Shown piece by piece: positions 38,776-52,329 of a stretch of DNA of 64,000 bases (within the stretch, counting starts at the first letter, position 1; each line of letters starts with the position of its first letter). Both the position numbers and the translations under genes were made by a program. The DNA is taken from contig JAYWIR010000003.1 in the NCBI GenBank assembly GCA_036172245.1, positions 2,046,001-2,110,000 on the forward strand, given 5' to 3'. The stretch is from Raillietiella orientalis. Taxonomy: Eukaryota. Below the pieces are notes generated by a model. It worked only from the letters and a program-made list of their open reading frames with translations, was not told the origin of the DNA and did no database searches.

Positions 38776-39558
38776 ATGCCTCAGAACGAGCACATAGAAT
38801 TGCACAAAAAACGCTATGGATACCGTTTGGATTATCATGAAAGAAAAAGAAAACGGTTGGGACGCCAGCCCCATAAAATCTCTGAGAAGGCCAGGAAACT
38901 GAAGGGCCTCAAAGCCAAATTTTACAATCGAAAACGATACCTTGAAAAGGTACAAATGAAGAAAACCATTAGCCAGTTTGAACGCAAGCAGACAAAAGAG
39001 ACCACACAGAAGTTTGATCATGATACAGCATTACCTGCATATTTATTAGATAGAGAAAAACAGAACCGGGCAAAAGTATTAAGCAATATGATTAAACAAA
39101 AAAGAAAAGAAAAAGCAGGAAAATGGGAAGTTCCATTACCAAAAGTGAAAGCAACAAGCCAGAGCGAGGTTTTCAAGGTTATTAAAACGGGCAAGTCACG
39201 AAGAAAGGCATGGAAAAGACTGGTTTCAAAAGTTTGTTATGTTGGTGAGGGATTTACAAGAAAACCTCCCAAATTTGAAAGATTCATAAGACCAATGGCA
39301 CTTAGGTTTAAAAAGGCTCATGTAACTCATCCTGATCTAAAAGCAACCTTTTGTCTTCCCATTATTGGTGTTAAAAAGAACCCCAATTCTCCACTGTTTA
39401 CAGGTCTTGGAGTTATAACAAAAGGGACAGTAATTGAAGTGAATGTAAGTGAATTGGGTTTGGTAACACAAGGTGGCAAAATTATTTGGGGTAAATATGC
39501 ACAAGTTACCAATAATCCAGAAAATGATGGTTGCATCAATGCTGTTTTACTAGTGTAA
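38776..39558 (+). CDS. NSA2: Ribosome biogenesis protein NSA2 homolog (intronless CDS, 260 aa)
   Basis: Starts [17 protein letters not shown], contains [27 protein letters not shown], and ends [22 protein letters not shown]. Confidence 0.97.
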   Translation: MPQNEHIELHKKRYGYRLDYHERKRKRLGRQPHKISEKARKLKGLKAKFYNRKRYLEKVQMKKTISQFERKQTKETTQKFDHDTALPAYLLDREKQNRAKVLSNMIKQKRKEKAGKWEVPLPKVKATSQSEVFKVIKTGKSRRKAWKRLVSKVCYVGEGFTRKPPKFERFIRPMALRFKKAHVTHPDLKATFCLPIIGVKKNPNSPLFTGLGVITKGTVIEVNVSELGLVTQGGKIIWGKYAQVTNNPENDGCINAVLLV

Positions 39559-41257
39559 ACAGATGTTTGCTTTGGCAGGAGAAGCCTTCTTGATCTTCAA
39601 ATGCAAATTTCCATCCATTATACATCACAATTTCTTGACTGTTAAGTTAGCTAATGTGTTTGCATGCAAAGGCTCAAACTTCTATCCTCATGTTTTGTGA
39701 TGCTATTCAAAATTCCTTCCAGTGTGCAGCCAATGAAAATATGTTCAAAATATTTCTGCACCATCTTGTAAGCATTTGAACATTAATTTAATAAAAAAAG
39801 ATGGTTGTTTTTGTGATAATTCCGATGCATGAAAAGGGGCGTAGCCACCAGATAAAGTTTTAATTGAAAAGAAAAGCATTAAATCATTCACCAAGTTTAC
39901 TGCATACTTTTCATGGAAATTCCTCAAAACATTCCTTGTCTTGTTTGGAACGTTTTGTATTAAGGTTGTTTTGAGGCGAATGATGGGTGCACAGAGATAT
40001 GCGCTAAATTGGTTTAATAACTGTTTTATTTACCTGAATTAACAAAATCAATGCAGAAGCTAATACTACAAGAATATATTATGAAAAGGCAGAATAAATC
40101 ATTAGGAGACGTGCATGTGTGTTTACATTGTGTATATCATTCAGATGTGTTCATAGCAAATTCTTACAAAGAGGATTCGTGAAAAATCGAAATTCGATTG
40201 CAGTCTGCCGTACTTCTACAACTTTTGGTTCTAAACCGTGAGACCGCTCCACATGATTCCTCATTTATTATTTATTTACATATTAGCCGTCCCTCTTCTT
40301 CGACTCTTTCCAAGCTCCCTCCCCAACATGAAGAAAAACCTTTCCCTTTGGGTCGGCAGAAGCCAAAACTCTCGCATAGTGAAGACGTTGTTTACATATT
40401 TCAAGTGAATAGACTGACAACATGGGAAGAGAATATCATGTCTCATATGTACACAGGTATCTTCATTGAGATTGTCCATTGATGACCTCGTTGATTCTTA
40501 GTTAAGATCGGTGGAGTAGTTAGTCTGATGGCCGATTATGGTTCCACAGTCTGTAAACTGAGGAAAGTGTGGAGATTATTCCACCATTGTTTGGACCACG
40601 GAAGCTTCTTGATGAAATACTATGCTAACGATTTCGTGAGACCCCTTCCCCTTCCCCTATGATGCTGCTGGCTCGAAATTAGAAGTAGCGAGCACCTTTT
40701 GCATACCGGTTCACCAGAAAGCACTTTGAAGTTGGAAGCAACAAACACTCAGTATCTCCGTAGGGAAAAAAAAATCCTACTCCATAATTATTTGAAAAAG
40801 CGAGTTTTCCATACAATCGGAAGCGCTGGGGAGCTTATTGTAAAATAAATAAGCAGTAACCAAAACAAAAACGAAAGTCACTCCTTCGTAACGGGACAAC
40901 AACACCATTACAAAACTCCAAGTGCAGGAGGCGTGTCTGCAACAAAGCAGAGTTCAAAGGAGAGTTCGCACAAAAAAAAAAGCAGACACATACCAAATAC
41001 CTCATAAAAACACAAAACAGAAAACTATCGCCCCAAAACATAGGTCTGGATGGAGAGCAAGAGAAAGGAACAAAACAAACAAACTAACAGCCACACCGAA
41101 AGCATCAGACAAAACAGCCGGAACGACTCCTGCTTGTTTGAGCGCCACTCTCTGCTGATGCAGCCAGGGGTTCTCAAGTGGGCAGCATTTCGAAGCAGCT
41201 GACCCTTCCAGAAATCGTTTTTCGCTTCGAGCAAGTAGCTCCCTCCCTCCCCCTCCT

Positions 41258-41895
41258 CCTTCCAAACCTCCCAACGCACCACGCACTTGCAGCTGCCCGC
41301 CACCTGCCGTTCCGCACTCTCCCCAGCCCGCTGCGCGCACGCGCGCTTTCCGAGGCATTTCCCGGCACCTCCGAGAGGAAACCGCGCTTCGACCCGAGGC
41401 AACTCTGGACCGCGGGCGAGAGCGCGACGGGCTCCCATTGGCCCGCAGCCCCCGAGAGACGCCCGCTCATTAAAAATGCGGAGCGTCGACGAAGCGAACG
41501 ACCCGTTGGCTCCTGCTTTCACCCATCTGCCGAATGCAACGCCGCTTCCCTCCCAACGCCCTCCCGCACGAGCATCATGGCTGCCGCCGCCAAACGACGA
41601 TTGGATGCTGGCTCGCGTGGGCCGAACGCGAGCCCGCTCCCCAGCGCGCCTCCGCGCTCCGTGATCGTCGTCGTCCCTGGCAACGGAACCTCGCGAGGTT
41701 CCGTCGGCATGCTCGCGGGCGGAGAAATTAGCGAATCCCGACGTGGGGGGCGCCGCCGCTGCCACCCGTTCGAGGGCGCTTTCCGACGCGCTGCCCGCAC
41801 CACATCGACCCGTGCGTCGCTCCTTCCGCCTCCGGGAGGCAAGAGCGAGAGGAGCCTCGTCCGAAGGCGACTTCGAATCGAGGGCGCACGCGTTC
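41258..41895 (+). repeat. GC-rich module copy A (truncated at its outer end)
   Basis: Direct copy of about 50646-51283; inverted relative to about 47655-48292 and 57043-57680. Confidence 0.92.
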
Positions 41896-44757
41896 CGCGC
41901 CCCATCAGCGGCGACATTCCGGCAATCTCTGAACGCAACCGAGCGCCGAGACCGCGCACCAAACCTGCTTCTTTCTCCCTCCTGGACGTGGTGAGATCTC
42001 CCTACCGATTGGTTCCAAGGTGGAGGCGTGCTCGCTGCTTCCAAACCGCGATCCCACCCTCGCCTGAAATGCGTTCCCGCGTTCGCTTCCGTCGGGCACC
42101 TTGCCCCGGGGAGCACCTTCCGTTCGCCTCGCTCGAGCCCAGCCCAGTTCCTCAACGCTTTCACCTTACGAGAACGCGCACCCTCAAAGTGGACGCAAGG
42201 AACGTGGCTGCTACGGTTTGGGGAGGCGCTCCCGGAGGGCTCGAGCGGATAATGGACGCCACACGAAATGGACTCTTGCAGCGAGGGAGAAAAGCTGCTC
42301 CAGGCAGGCCGCTCCGCGCAGGGATGCACGATGCTCTCTCCATGCACGATGCGCTAAGGGGGCCGAACGCACCGCAGACGTCGGTCGCACCTCCTCGACG
42401 AACCTGCCGCGCGCCTTGGGTTTCAAAAACGACCCCTGCAGCAGAGAGCATCTCTTCCAGCCTGCCTGGAACGTTCGAGCAGGTCAAGCGAAGACTGTCC
42501 CGTTCGTGCGTTGTCGCCTCTCACGACGGCGAAGATTCCACGAACACGCGCTTCTCGAGTCGCTACGGATACCCGCGAGCAAACGGGCGACGCGAATGCT
42601 TCCCTACAACATGCAAAGCGAAGGCACGCTGGCCACCATGCTTGGAAACGCCACGCACCTCGAACCAACGACAAACGCACCTCTCGCGGGAACGTGGCAG
42701 AAAGAACCCGGTTTCGATGTGTGGTCTCCCGTTCCATCCTCCCTCCAACCGCATCCCTTCTTAGGGGGCCTCCGCTCCGATTGCGCCTCTTCCGCGGAAC
42801 TTTCCAACCAAAGTCCGAACGAAAGCTCACGACACCCACGACCGCACGCAGGCCGAAGAACCAAAATTCAAAGGCGCTCCTGCGGCACCTTCAGCGCCAC
42901 CCTGTCAAAGTTCAAATCCATTCGCGGCTTCAGGAAAAGGAAACATCCCGGCAGCTCGTTGGAAGCATGGACTACTCGCACGCACCTTCCACGCAAGGGA
43001 ACGCACGTACACCTACCTCTCCACGCGCCTCGCGCTTGCCAACGAGTACGAACACCGTACGGACCGACGCGCAAAGCCACGAGGTTACCATCCAAGCACG
43101 AGAGCACCACCAACTCCACATTGCCTCCCCCACCAAAACGTGGATGCGCCATAAAGAGCGACAGCCATGCAGGCAACCCCCTCCTTTTCCACCAGACTTC
43201 CTCTCCGGCCCCTGATGATTTTCTGCAGATGCTACTCTTCCATGGGGCAACTACCTCCCTCCCTCCCTCCCGAATGGGCTACGAATTTCACTACCCGCAC
43301 AATGCCGAAAGCTGCGTGGCGTGGAAATCAAGCTCCCAATTTATGCTTCCCTCAGCCTGGACGCACCGTGGAAAAAGCCTGGGTTCCCAAAGGCCTCCCA
43401 ATACACATTTCGACCGAATCAATGATGCTCGGAACTTTCCAGGGGAACCTTCAGGATCCACAGCACTTTTGCAGAAAGCATCCCTTTGGGAATGCAACGT
43501 CCAACCCACAGATGCCATTCCTCTGCGACCAAACGCCCCAGTCAAGGGTCAGTTAAGATCAGAATCAACCTGAAACCATCCAATGCCATTTGACTGATGG
43601 ATGCAGCCTGATGAGAAATTCAAAAGCTCAACGGAATACCACCTGACAGGAAGACAGCATGCTGGGCGCGCAAACTGCATGCTCCATCGACAGATCACCA
43701 TGCTCCCAATCGGCCCGCTGGCATGCATCAGCAGCAAAAGCCTCCGAAACTGCTTGAACCTACCATGCCCACCCAATGCAACACCAAACACTGTGCTGGT
43801 TCGAGCCACCTAAACGCTTTCTCCCTGAGAGCAGGCTCCCTTTCCATACTGCTCAAAGCTTCCTGGACAACCCTCCCATCGCATGAGCCTGGAATGCAAA
43901 CAAGCCATGCGAACCCACCTTGGGATTCTCCCCTCCTCTCCCAAGTTCTTCATCAGTTGCCGTTTGTTCAACCATCCCAGGTTGAAAAACAAAAACCCCC
44001 TACCTCGGCACACTTTGCAAATTATTGTGGGTGGTCGTTAAACTAAACTCATGCTTACAATTTCCTTTGCACTCAACGCAGGCTCTCTCTTCACCACTCT
44101 CTCTGCCGCACGTCAAACGCTCACAGTTTGCAAGATTTACGTTAGATTTTACACTTGCAGAAATGCACTTCAGGAAGGGAACTTCAAGTGGCATTTCAGT
44201 TTTGCAAAACCAGGCACAGCTTCAACGATACATGCAAACAATATCTCCCGCAATGCTGATCCGGAAAGCACAACGGCAGACCAACCGTGTTGGGTGCACA
44301 GAAAACATCCTCATGATTATTATTCACCAAGCTTTCATTTTTGCCCTTGCTTGCCAGACAAAACACGATGCAACCATTTCTAAAATGGAACGTTGACATC
44401 CCAGAAGACAAAGGCTGATTTCCACAGCCAGACTCCACCAAACCGCTTTCCACACCGGCTGCATGCCATGCACAGCCACCAAACACTTCCTCATCATTCT
44501 GGATTTGCAATCAGCCCTGCACACTGCAACCGGTATTGCATCCCTGAGCACCAAATGAATTGCAGGCAAGCAAACAAGTGCAAGTTGCAGCTAATGCACC
44601 ACCTCTCATGGCCAAATCACAGCAGTGCAACAAGAACCACCTCTCTTGCACCTGTCTCTTGGCTTGGCAACACAGAAAAAGGATCGGTGAGCAGCGCCTC
44701 CAATCAGGCTGGCTTCCAGTCACCTCTGACGCTGTGCATTCTTTTTTTATTTCACCT

Positions 44758-46608
44758 CACAAGTCTCTGAACATCCGCAATATGGAGAACGAGCAAAATC
44801 GAGCTCACCAAACAAGATTACAACTTGGCTGCTAGGAGAAGGGAAAAAAAATGCAGCTGCATTGCAGCTGCCTTTCCCTCCACATCCCACCCCAGGCCTC
44901 CGACAGGGCATGCACTGGGTCGCTGTTTGGTGGCAACCATCAAAGAAGGCATGGAACTTGCACGTCGCATGGAAACCGGCCAGCCGTCTCACCATCGCGG
45001 TGTATTCGGCACACAATTCTCTGCCATTCCTAGGATGCAATACGTGCCCAACAGCAATGAATGGATGGATCTGCACAGCACTCCTGAAGTGCGTTCACGC
45101 GTCAAATAACAAGCTCAGCAAGCAGATGATGTCCCGTCCAAACGTACCTTTTCAAAAAGATCAAGAGCAGAAACCAAAACAACTAACTCTGCTTGGATGA
45201 GGATTCAAGGATGACTTTTGGGCACAATGCACCTTCATCGAGAATCCTGCTTTCCCAATGGTCCGGGCAGACACCTGGCCATTAGTGAAATGGAATGTGT
45301 TGCCAGGTGATCACAGCACCTTCAACTAGGAGGAAATCAAAAGTCCAACTTCCTCAAGGCGTTTAAGGGAACCTACCTCGCGCGTACCGTGTCCGAGTTC
45401 CGTACTTGAAAAGCCAACCAAGCGTTTCATCGTACCCATCCTTGCACGTGGCTACAACACGCATACAGAAACGTTTCGGTTTCTCGGAAGATCCCTGCTC
45501 ATACACCAAGTCACATGCAGTCGCTTCGCTCCCACTCCACCGAACCTCACTTCAAACATGGGGCGCTTGCGTACGCGCTCGCAAAGCAGCCGAAATGGCG
45601 GCGGCTTCCTTCAAGCACATGGCGTACCAAGTGACCCGATCGACGACCCAGTTGGCACGCCCCCAAACTCGTTCAGCTTTTCGTTCAACTTCCACATTTC
45701 CTGCGCCACCCACAAAGCTTTCACCGAGCAAACTCTCCAAGGCTTACCGCGGGCAGCTGACACACACGACGGGCTCGGCGAACAGCGGAATGGCGGCACA
45801 ATCAGGGCTGCCACTGCCTACAGCGAGCTCTCCAGTCGGAAATGCGATCGTGGAAGATCTAATCGATTGGGTGGCACCTTCAGTTACGAATGGAGTGGTC
45901 ATGGAGAGAAGCATCGGAAGGAGATTGGAAGAAGAATGAGGGATATAAGAGATGATTAGCATCCCGGGATTCTGGATTCCTGCATTCACTGACGAAAAAG
46001 AGCTGCCATTCGCAATAAGCATACAGCCTTCTTTCTTCAAAGCGATCCCTCCGATTCGGTGCATCTCTTGGTCGAAAGAAGACAGGTACGCGCACCCGCA
46101 TTCGATGGAACGAGCTGCTGGAAGAGTCTCTTTCTGTATCTGTTTGCAACCTACGCTTTCGTGTTGTTTTCCACAAGAGAACAAAAGGGCTGCTAACATG
46201 GGAAGAACCGAATCGTAACATTCATCGTACTCTTGAATCGAACGTTGGATCCCTACCCACGAAGCGATAAAGAAACTTCACGAGCCTACTCGAATCGCCA
46301 TCAGGCACATTTTCGCGCTCACCCATGTTTCTTAGTCGATCGTGGTTTCTGCTTTTGCCTGCCCGAAGAGCGATCGCTTGTCCCATTTGCCTTGTTTTGC
46401 CATCGCTACGAATTCTTACATTCTTTCTTACTCACATCATTCATCCCGAAGTTCGGTTTCTCCTTCGCGCACGGGTCGGCGATGGATCTCTCCAGAAGCG
46501 CCATTTCGAAACGAACACGAATCGCCACTTTCGTGTGCCGTTCCTTTCTCGCTTTTGCTGCTGTTACCACTGCTCCTGCCGCGAGCGGTGAACAGCGAAC
46601 TTGCATTT
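44758..46608 (-). other. Mirror copy of the candidate multi-exon transcript in the left arm
   Basis: Reverse complement of 52330-54180. Confidence 0.4.
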
Positions 46609-47654
46609 CGTCTCTTCGTTGAGGTCCTCAGCACATTCGAGGTTGCAATTTCCTTGGACAGTCAAACAAGTTCTCTGTCGATAGTAGCGTGGAAACGGGA
46701 ACCTCCGTCCGAATGCAAGGAATGTTTAGGAAGCGCACGCAACAAAAGACGAAACATCGGCTGCGAATGGCCCTCCACCGTTCCTGTTGGGTGCTTTCCT
46801 TTGAACCGGGGATCGCGCGCGCGCACGCGAAATTTAGTACGTCACAGCAACGCTGCCTGCATTTTCGCACCTGGAGCCTTCGGTCACTTGCTGGGTTCCC
46901 GAAACTCGTCGCATCTTTTCCTGCATTCACGCGTTTCCCTTTCCAGCGCGAACGACTTTGGACTGGCAAGTGCACACGACGCGGTGGCTGTTTCCTATCT
47001 ATGTGCACGTCCACGTCCGCTGAGGGATTGCGCTGCAAGAGCGTTTCGTCAACCCTCATTTTTCTATGGAGAATTGCTGGGAAAGTCATGTGCAAAGAGG
47101 AAAATCGCAGAAGCGCGCAGTGCAAGGTGAAATTCACGAGTGTTTCCACTCCCGAGTTGCACTATTCGAATCTGCCTTCTCGGCACCACGTGAGTGCCTT
47201 CGGAAGCGGCGACGCGTGTTGTATCCCTGGCTGAAAGACCGCAAAAAATCCGCTTCCTTGCAGATATGCGGAAGAGAATTCCACCGTCCGAGCCACGCGA
47301 ACGCATTGCTGCAGTCGTCCGATCTGCCGTGGTCCGCGAAATTGGACGAATATGCGATCTTACGCGCCTGATGTCTGCCTCGACGCTTCTCCAACGTCAT
47401 GCACCGAGCTCTCGTGCTTCCAAGATTCTTGGGTTTGGGTATTTCCTTTCCCCGACTTCGACGATCACCGCGGGAAGCGCGCAATGAATTTAAGCTTCAG
47501 CGGGAGGTGCGAGAGCTCCCGCAATTCCTCCACTCTGGGTAAACCCGGATCCCGTGTCCACCTTGGTGGAGCGTGTTCGCGTGAGGTGAAAACATCGAGG
47601 AATTGAGCGCTCGGACGAATATGCCACGCGGTTCGACGGATGCTGATCAGAGCA

Positions 47655-48711
47655 GAACGCGCGCGCCCTCGACCCGAAGTCGCCTTCGGACGATGCTCCT
47701 CTCGCTCTTGCCTCCCGGAGGCGGAAGGAGCGACGCACGGGTCGATGCGGTGCGGGCAGCGCGTCGGAAAGCGCCCTCGAACGGGTGGCAGCGGCGGCGC
47801 CCCCCACGTCGGGATTCGCTAATTTCTCCGCCCGCGAGCATGCCGACGGAACCTCGCGAGGTTCCGTTGCCAGGGACGACGACGATCACGGAGCGCGGAG
47901 GCGCGCTGGGGAGCGGGCTCGCGTTCGGCCCACGCGAGCCAGCATCCAATCGTCGTTTGGCGGCGGCAGCCATGATGCTCGTGCGGGAGGGCGTTGGGAG
48001 GGAAGCGGCGTTGCATTCGGCAGATGGGTGAAAGCAGGAGCCAACGGGTCGTTCGCTTCGTCGACGCTCCGCATTTTTAATGAGCGGGCGTCTCTCGGGG
48101 GCTGCGGGCCAATGGGAGCCCGTCGCGCTCTCGCCCGCGGTCCAGGGTTGCCTCGGGTCGAAGCGCGGTTTCCTCTCGGAGGTGCCGGGAAATGCCTCGG
48201 AAAGCGCGCGTGCGCGCAGCGGGCTGGGGAGAGTGCGGAACGGCAGGTGGCGGGCAGCTGCAAGTACGTGGTGCGTTGGGAGGTTTGGAAGGGAGAGGGG
48301 AAGGGGAGGGGGCTTTGGCGGGCAGTGCACGCGGTGGCGGACAACTGCAGGCCGCAGGGAATGCAGACTGCGGGCGGATTCTTCGCGGTGGGAGACCGCG
48401 CTGCGGTAAACGCAAGGTGGTGGTGGTGGTGGCTGCGGTGGTCGGGCTCGTTTGCCCCGTTGTGTTGGTACTCCTGGCGATCTCTCGTTCCTGTCGGCCG
48501 CGCCCTCGAGATGCTAAGGAGCAGCAAAAATAAACCGACAGGAAAAAAGGGTACACGGTAGCTCCCTTTGCGTGTGCTTCGGGATGGAAAACTCTTTTGC
48601 GGGTAGCGGACGCGAAAGGGAATACGGGAGTCTGGTTTACCCACACGAGTCCCGTTGCCAGAGACCATTCCGAAGTGCTGCGTCTTGTTTCGCGGGAAGC
48701 GACTGGAGGCG
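47655..48711 (-). repeat. GC-rich module copy B
   Basis: Aligns to 57043-58099 at a constant offset of 9388; core near-identical, last ~100 bp visibly diverged. Confidence 0.92.
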
Positions 48712-48904
48712 GGCTGCAGGGGAAACGCTGGGTACCAACAGGCATCGGCTGGCAAGGCGAGGAGCTGTTTGTTTGGTGGGGGAAGAAGCGTGCGACGTTC
48801 CCCTCGTTCCCCCTCTCTTTATTCATATGCGGAGCAGCGATGGGATCCCTTTCCGTCGATCGCGAGCTGTCCTGTGAGGGAGGGAAGCTGCATGAGGGCC
48901 AAGA

Positions 48905-49095
48905 GATCTGATTGGCTCAGTTGCGATGTACGTCCGTCGATGCGCATGTCATTTCGTGAATGAAATTTCGTGATTGGTGGATTGGCAGTGCGCTTTGAGT
49001 CGCCCTTGGAGTTGTCTAATCGAATCCCCTGTCCGTCGAGAATATCTAGTTGAGCTGACAGCAGAAAATCACAATTGTCAGGTGGCGCTCGCTAT
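48905..49095. promoter_or_regulatory. Candidate promoter motifs at the palindrome centre (inverted CCAAT boxes, CTCF-like caggtggcgc)
   Basis: ctgattggct at about 48908 (mirrored as agccaatcag at about 50021), gtgattggtggattggc at about 48970, and caggtggcgctc at about 49079. Confidence 0.3.
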
Positions 49096-50226
49096 TAGGA
49101 AGTCTATTTCCTAGGTTGCTGGTTTCCAGCAAGGAGAGCTATGAGCGTGAATCTCAGGCCACGCGGATTAGGAGAGAACGTATTTTCAATCTTCATGCAA
49201 GACCTGGGTTTTTCCCCCACCGTAGTCCTGCCAAATTTGAGATTTTCTTGGGAAAACGCTTCGATCTTTACTATTGATGTGGATTTGCGTGCCTTTGCGG
49301 AAATTTCTGCATTTCGAGATGTATGCTCGTGCAAAAAAAAAAGTGTCCAGGATTCAATATCGATGCTGGAATGCGAGATGCACCTATAATTATTCTGATT
49401 GTATGCAAATGAAAAAAAAAAAAGTTGTTCTATCAATGCAATATTTTTGTTGGATAAATGCTAAGGACGCGCACTATTCTACACTGTCTTTGATACTTTC
49501 GAATAGTTTTGAAAGCTACGGCTTCCTACTCAGGAAAACAAAATTATCCTTGGAATGCTTTTTTTAAAAAATGCAAAACATGGAGGGGATTCTCAAAGCG
49601 CGACACCCTTTTCAGATAAAAGGATAAAAGTGTGCCATCTGAATGTTGGAATCGAGAGACATTAAATGAAAATTCTTTCAAATTTTGAAGGTAATATAGG
49701 GACGCTACCAGCTGGGTGATTTATAGGCTTTCTAATAAAAAAATGAAAGCCCCGAACTAATAAAATACTTCCGTTTAAGCATTACCTTGGAAATCTGCTA
49801 CAAGGACTTTCAGGTAGCAACATCTCAAAGGGTATGGAGTAAAAACCCTGAAAACACGATACTTATACCAAGGGGAAAAACCAAATAGAAATTCTGCATT
49901 GCAGTCACTCCAAAGACACTCCAATGAGATCGATGTCGATTCGCGTAACTTCTCCAAAACCACAGTAAAACAAACAAAAAAGGAAATGACATGCGCATCG
50001 ACGGACGTACATCGCAACTGAGCCAATCAGATCTCTTGGCCCTCATGCAGCTTCCCTCCCTCACAGGACAGCTCGCGATCGACGGAAAGGGATCCCATCG
50101 CTGCTCCGCATATGAATAAAGAGAGGGGGAACGAGGGGAACGTCGCACGCTTCTTCCCCCACCAAACAAACAGCTCCTCGCCTTGCCAGCCGATGCCTGT
50201 TGGTACCCAGCGTTTCCCCTGCAGCC

Positions 50227-51283
50227 CGCCTCCAGTCGCTTCCCGCGAAACAAGACGCAGCACTTCGGAATGGTCTCTGGCAACGGGACTCGTGTGGGTA
50301 AACCAGACTCCCGTATTCCCTTTCGCGTCCGCTACCCGCAAAAGAGTTTTCCATCCCGAAGCACACGCAAAGGGAGCTACCGTGTACCCTTTTTTCCTGT
50401 CGGTTTATTTTTGCTGCTCCTTAGCATCTCGAGGGCGCGGCCGACAGGAACGAGAGATCGCCAGGAGTACCAACACAACGGGGCAAACGAGCCCGACCAC
50501 CGCAGCCACCACCACCACCACCTTGCGTTTACCGCAGCGCGGTCTCCCACCGCGAAGAATCCGCCCGCAGTCTGCATTCCCTGCGGCCTGCAGTTGTCCG
50601 CCACCGCGTGCACTGCCCGCCAAAGCCCCCTCCCCTTCCCCTCTCCCTTCCAAACCTCCCAACGCACCACGTACTTGCAGCTGCCCGCCACCTGCCGTTC
50701 CGCACTCTCCCCAGCCCGCTGCGCGCACGCGCGCTTTCCGAGGCATTTCCCGGCACCTCCGAGAGGAAACCGCGCTTCGACCCGAGGCAACCCTGGACCG
50801 CGGGCGAGAGCGCGACGGGCTCCCATTGGCCCGCAGCCCCCGAGAGACGCCCGCTCATTAAAAATGCGGAGCGTCGACGAAGCGAACGACCCGTTGGCTC
50901 CTGCTTTCACCCATCTGCCGAATGCAACGCCGCTTCCCTCCCAACGCCCTCCCGCACGAGCATCATGGCTGCCGCCGCCAAACGACGATTGGATGCTGGC
51001 TCGCGTGGGCCGAACGCGAGCCCGCTCCCCAGCGCGCCTCCGCGCTCCGTGATCGTCGTCGTCCCTGGCAACGGAACCTCGCGAGGTTCCGTCGGCATGC
51101 TCGCGGGCGGAGAAATTAGCGAATCCCGACATGGGGGGCGCCGCCGCTGCCACCCGTTCGAGGGCGCTTTCCGACGCGCTGCCCGCACCGCATCGACCCG
51201 TGCGTCGCTCCTTCCGCCTCCGGGAGGCAAGAGCGAGAGGAGCATCGTCCGAAGGCGACTTCGGGTCGAGGGCGCGCGCGTTC
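50227..51283 (+). repeat. GC-rich module copy C
   Basis: Mirror of copy B within the palindrome; inverted relative to copy D. Confidence 0.92.
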
Positions 51284-52329
51284 TGCTCTGATCAGCATCC
51301 GTCGAACCGCGTGGCATATTCGTCCGAGCGCTCAATTCCTCGATGTTTTCACCTCACGCGAACACGCTCCACCAAGGTGGACACGGGATCCGGGTTTACC
51401 CAGAGTGGAGGAATTGCGGGAGCTCTCGCACCTCCCGCTGAAGCTTAAATTCATTGCGCGCTTCCCGCGGTGATCGTCGAAGTCGGGGAAAGGAAATACC
51501 CAAACCCAAGAATCTTGGAAGCACGAGAGCTCGGTGCATGACGTTGGAGAAGCGTCGAGGCAGACATCAGGCGCGTAAGATCGCATATTCGTCCAATTTC
51601 GCGGACCACGGCAGATCGGACGACTGCAGCAATGCGTTCGCGTGGCTCGGACGGTGGAATTCTCTTCCGCATATCTGCAAGGAAGCGGATTTTTTGCGGT
51701 CTTTCAGCCAGGGATACAACACGCGTCGCCGCTTCCGAAGGCACTCACGTGGTGCCGAGAAGGCAGATTCGAATAGTGCAACTCGGGAGTGGAAACACTC
51801 GTGAATTTCACCTTGCACTGCGCGCTTCTGCGATTTTCCTCTTTGCACATGACTTTCCCAGCAATTCTCCATAGAAAAATGAGGGTTGACGAAACGCTCT
51901 TGCAGCGCAATCCCTCAGCGGACGTGGACGTGCACATAGATAGGAAACAGCCACCGCGTCGTGTGCACTTGCCAGTCCAAAGTCGTTCGCGCTGGAAAGG
52001 GAAACGCGTGAATGCAGGAAAAGATGCGACGAGTTTCGGGAACCCAGCAAGTGACCGAAGGCTCCAGGTGCGAAAATGCAGGCAGCGTTGCTGTGACGTA
52101 CTAAATTTCGCGTGCGCGCGCGCGATCCCCGGTTCAAAGGAAAGCACCCAACAGGAACGGTGGAGGGCCATTCGCAGCCGATGTTTCGTCTTTTGTTGCG
52201 TGCGCTTCCTAAACATTCCTTGCATTCGGACGGAGGTTCCCGTTTCCACGCTACTATCGACAGAGAACTTGTTTGACTGTCCAAGGAAATTGCAACCTCG
52301 AATGTGCTGAGGACCTCAACGAAGAGACG

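Larger units (their letters stand above)
41258..48955. repeat. Left arm (7698 bp) of a large palindrome
   Basis: Position x pairs with 98938-x. Mirrored ORFs in the track are identical; mismatches noticed only at 41265/57673, 41404/57534 and 47807/51131. Confidence 0.97.

Noticed and set aside
41025..43573. Long ORFs of 440-528 aa here and their mirrors at 55365-57736
   Set aside because: Overlapping on both strands, Arg/Ala/Pro/Ser-rich, no domain motifs; expected from stop-poor GC-rich DNA.
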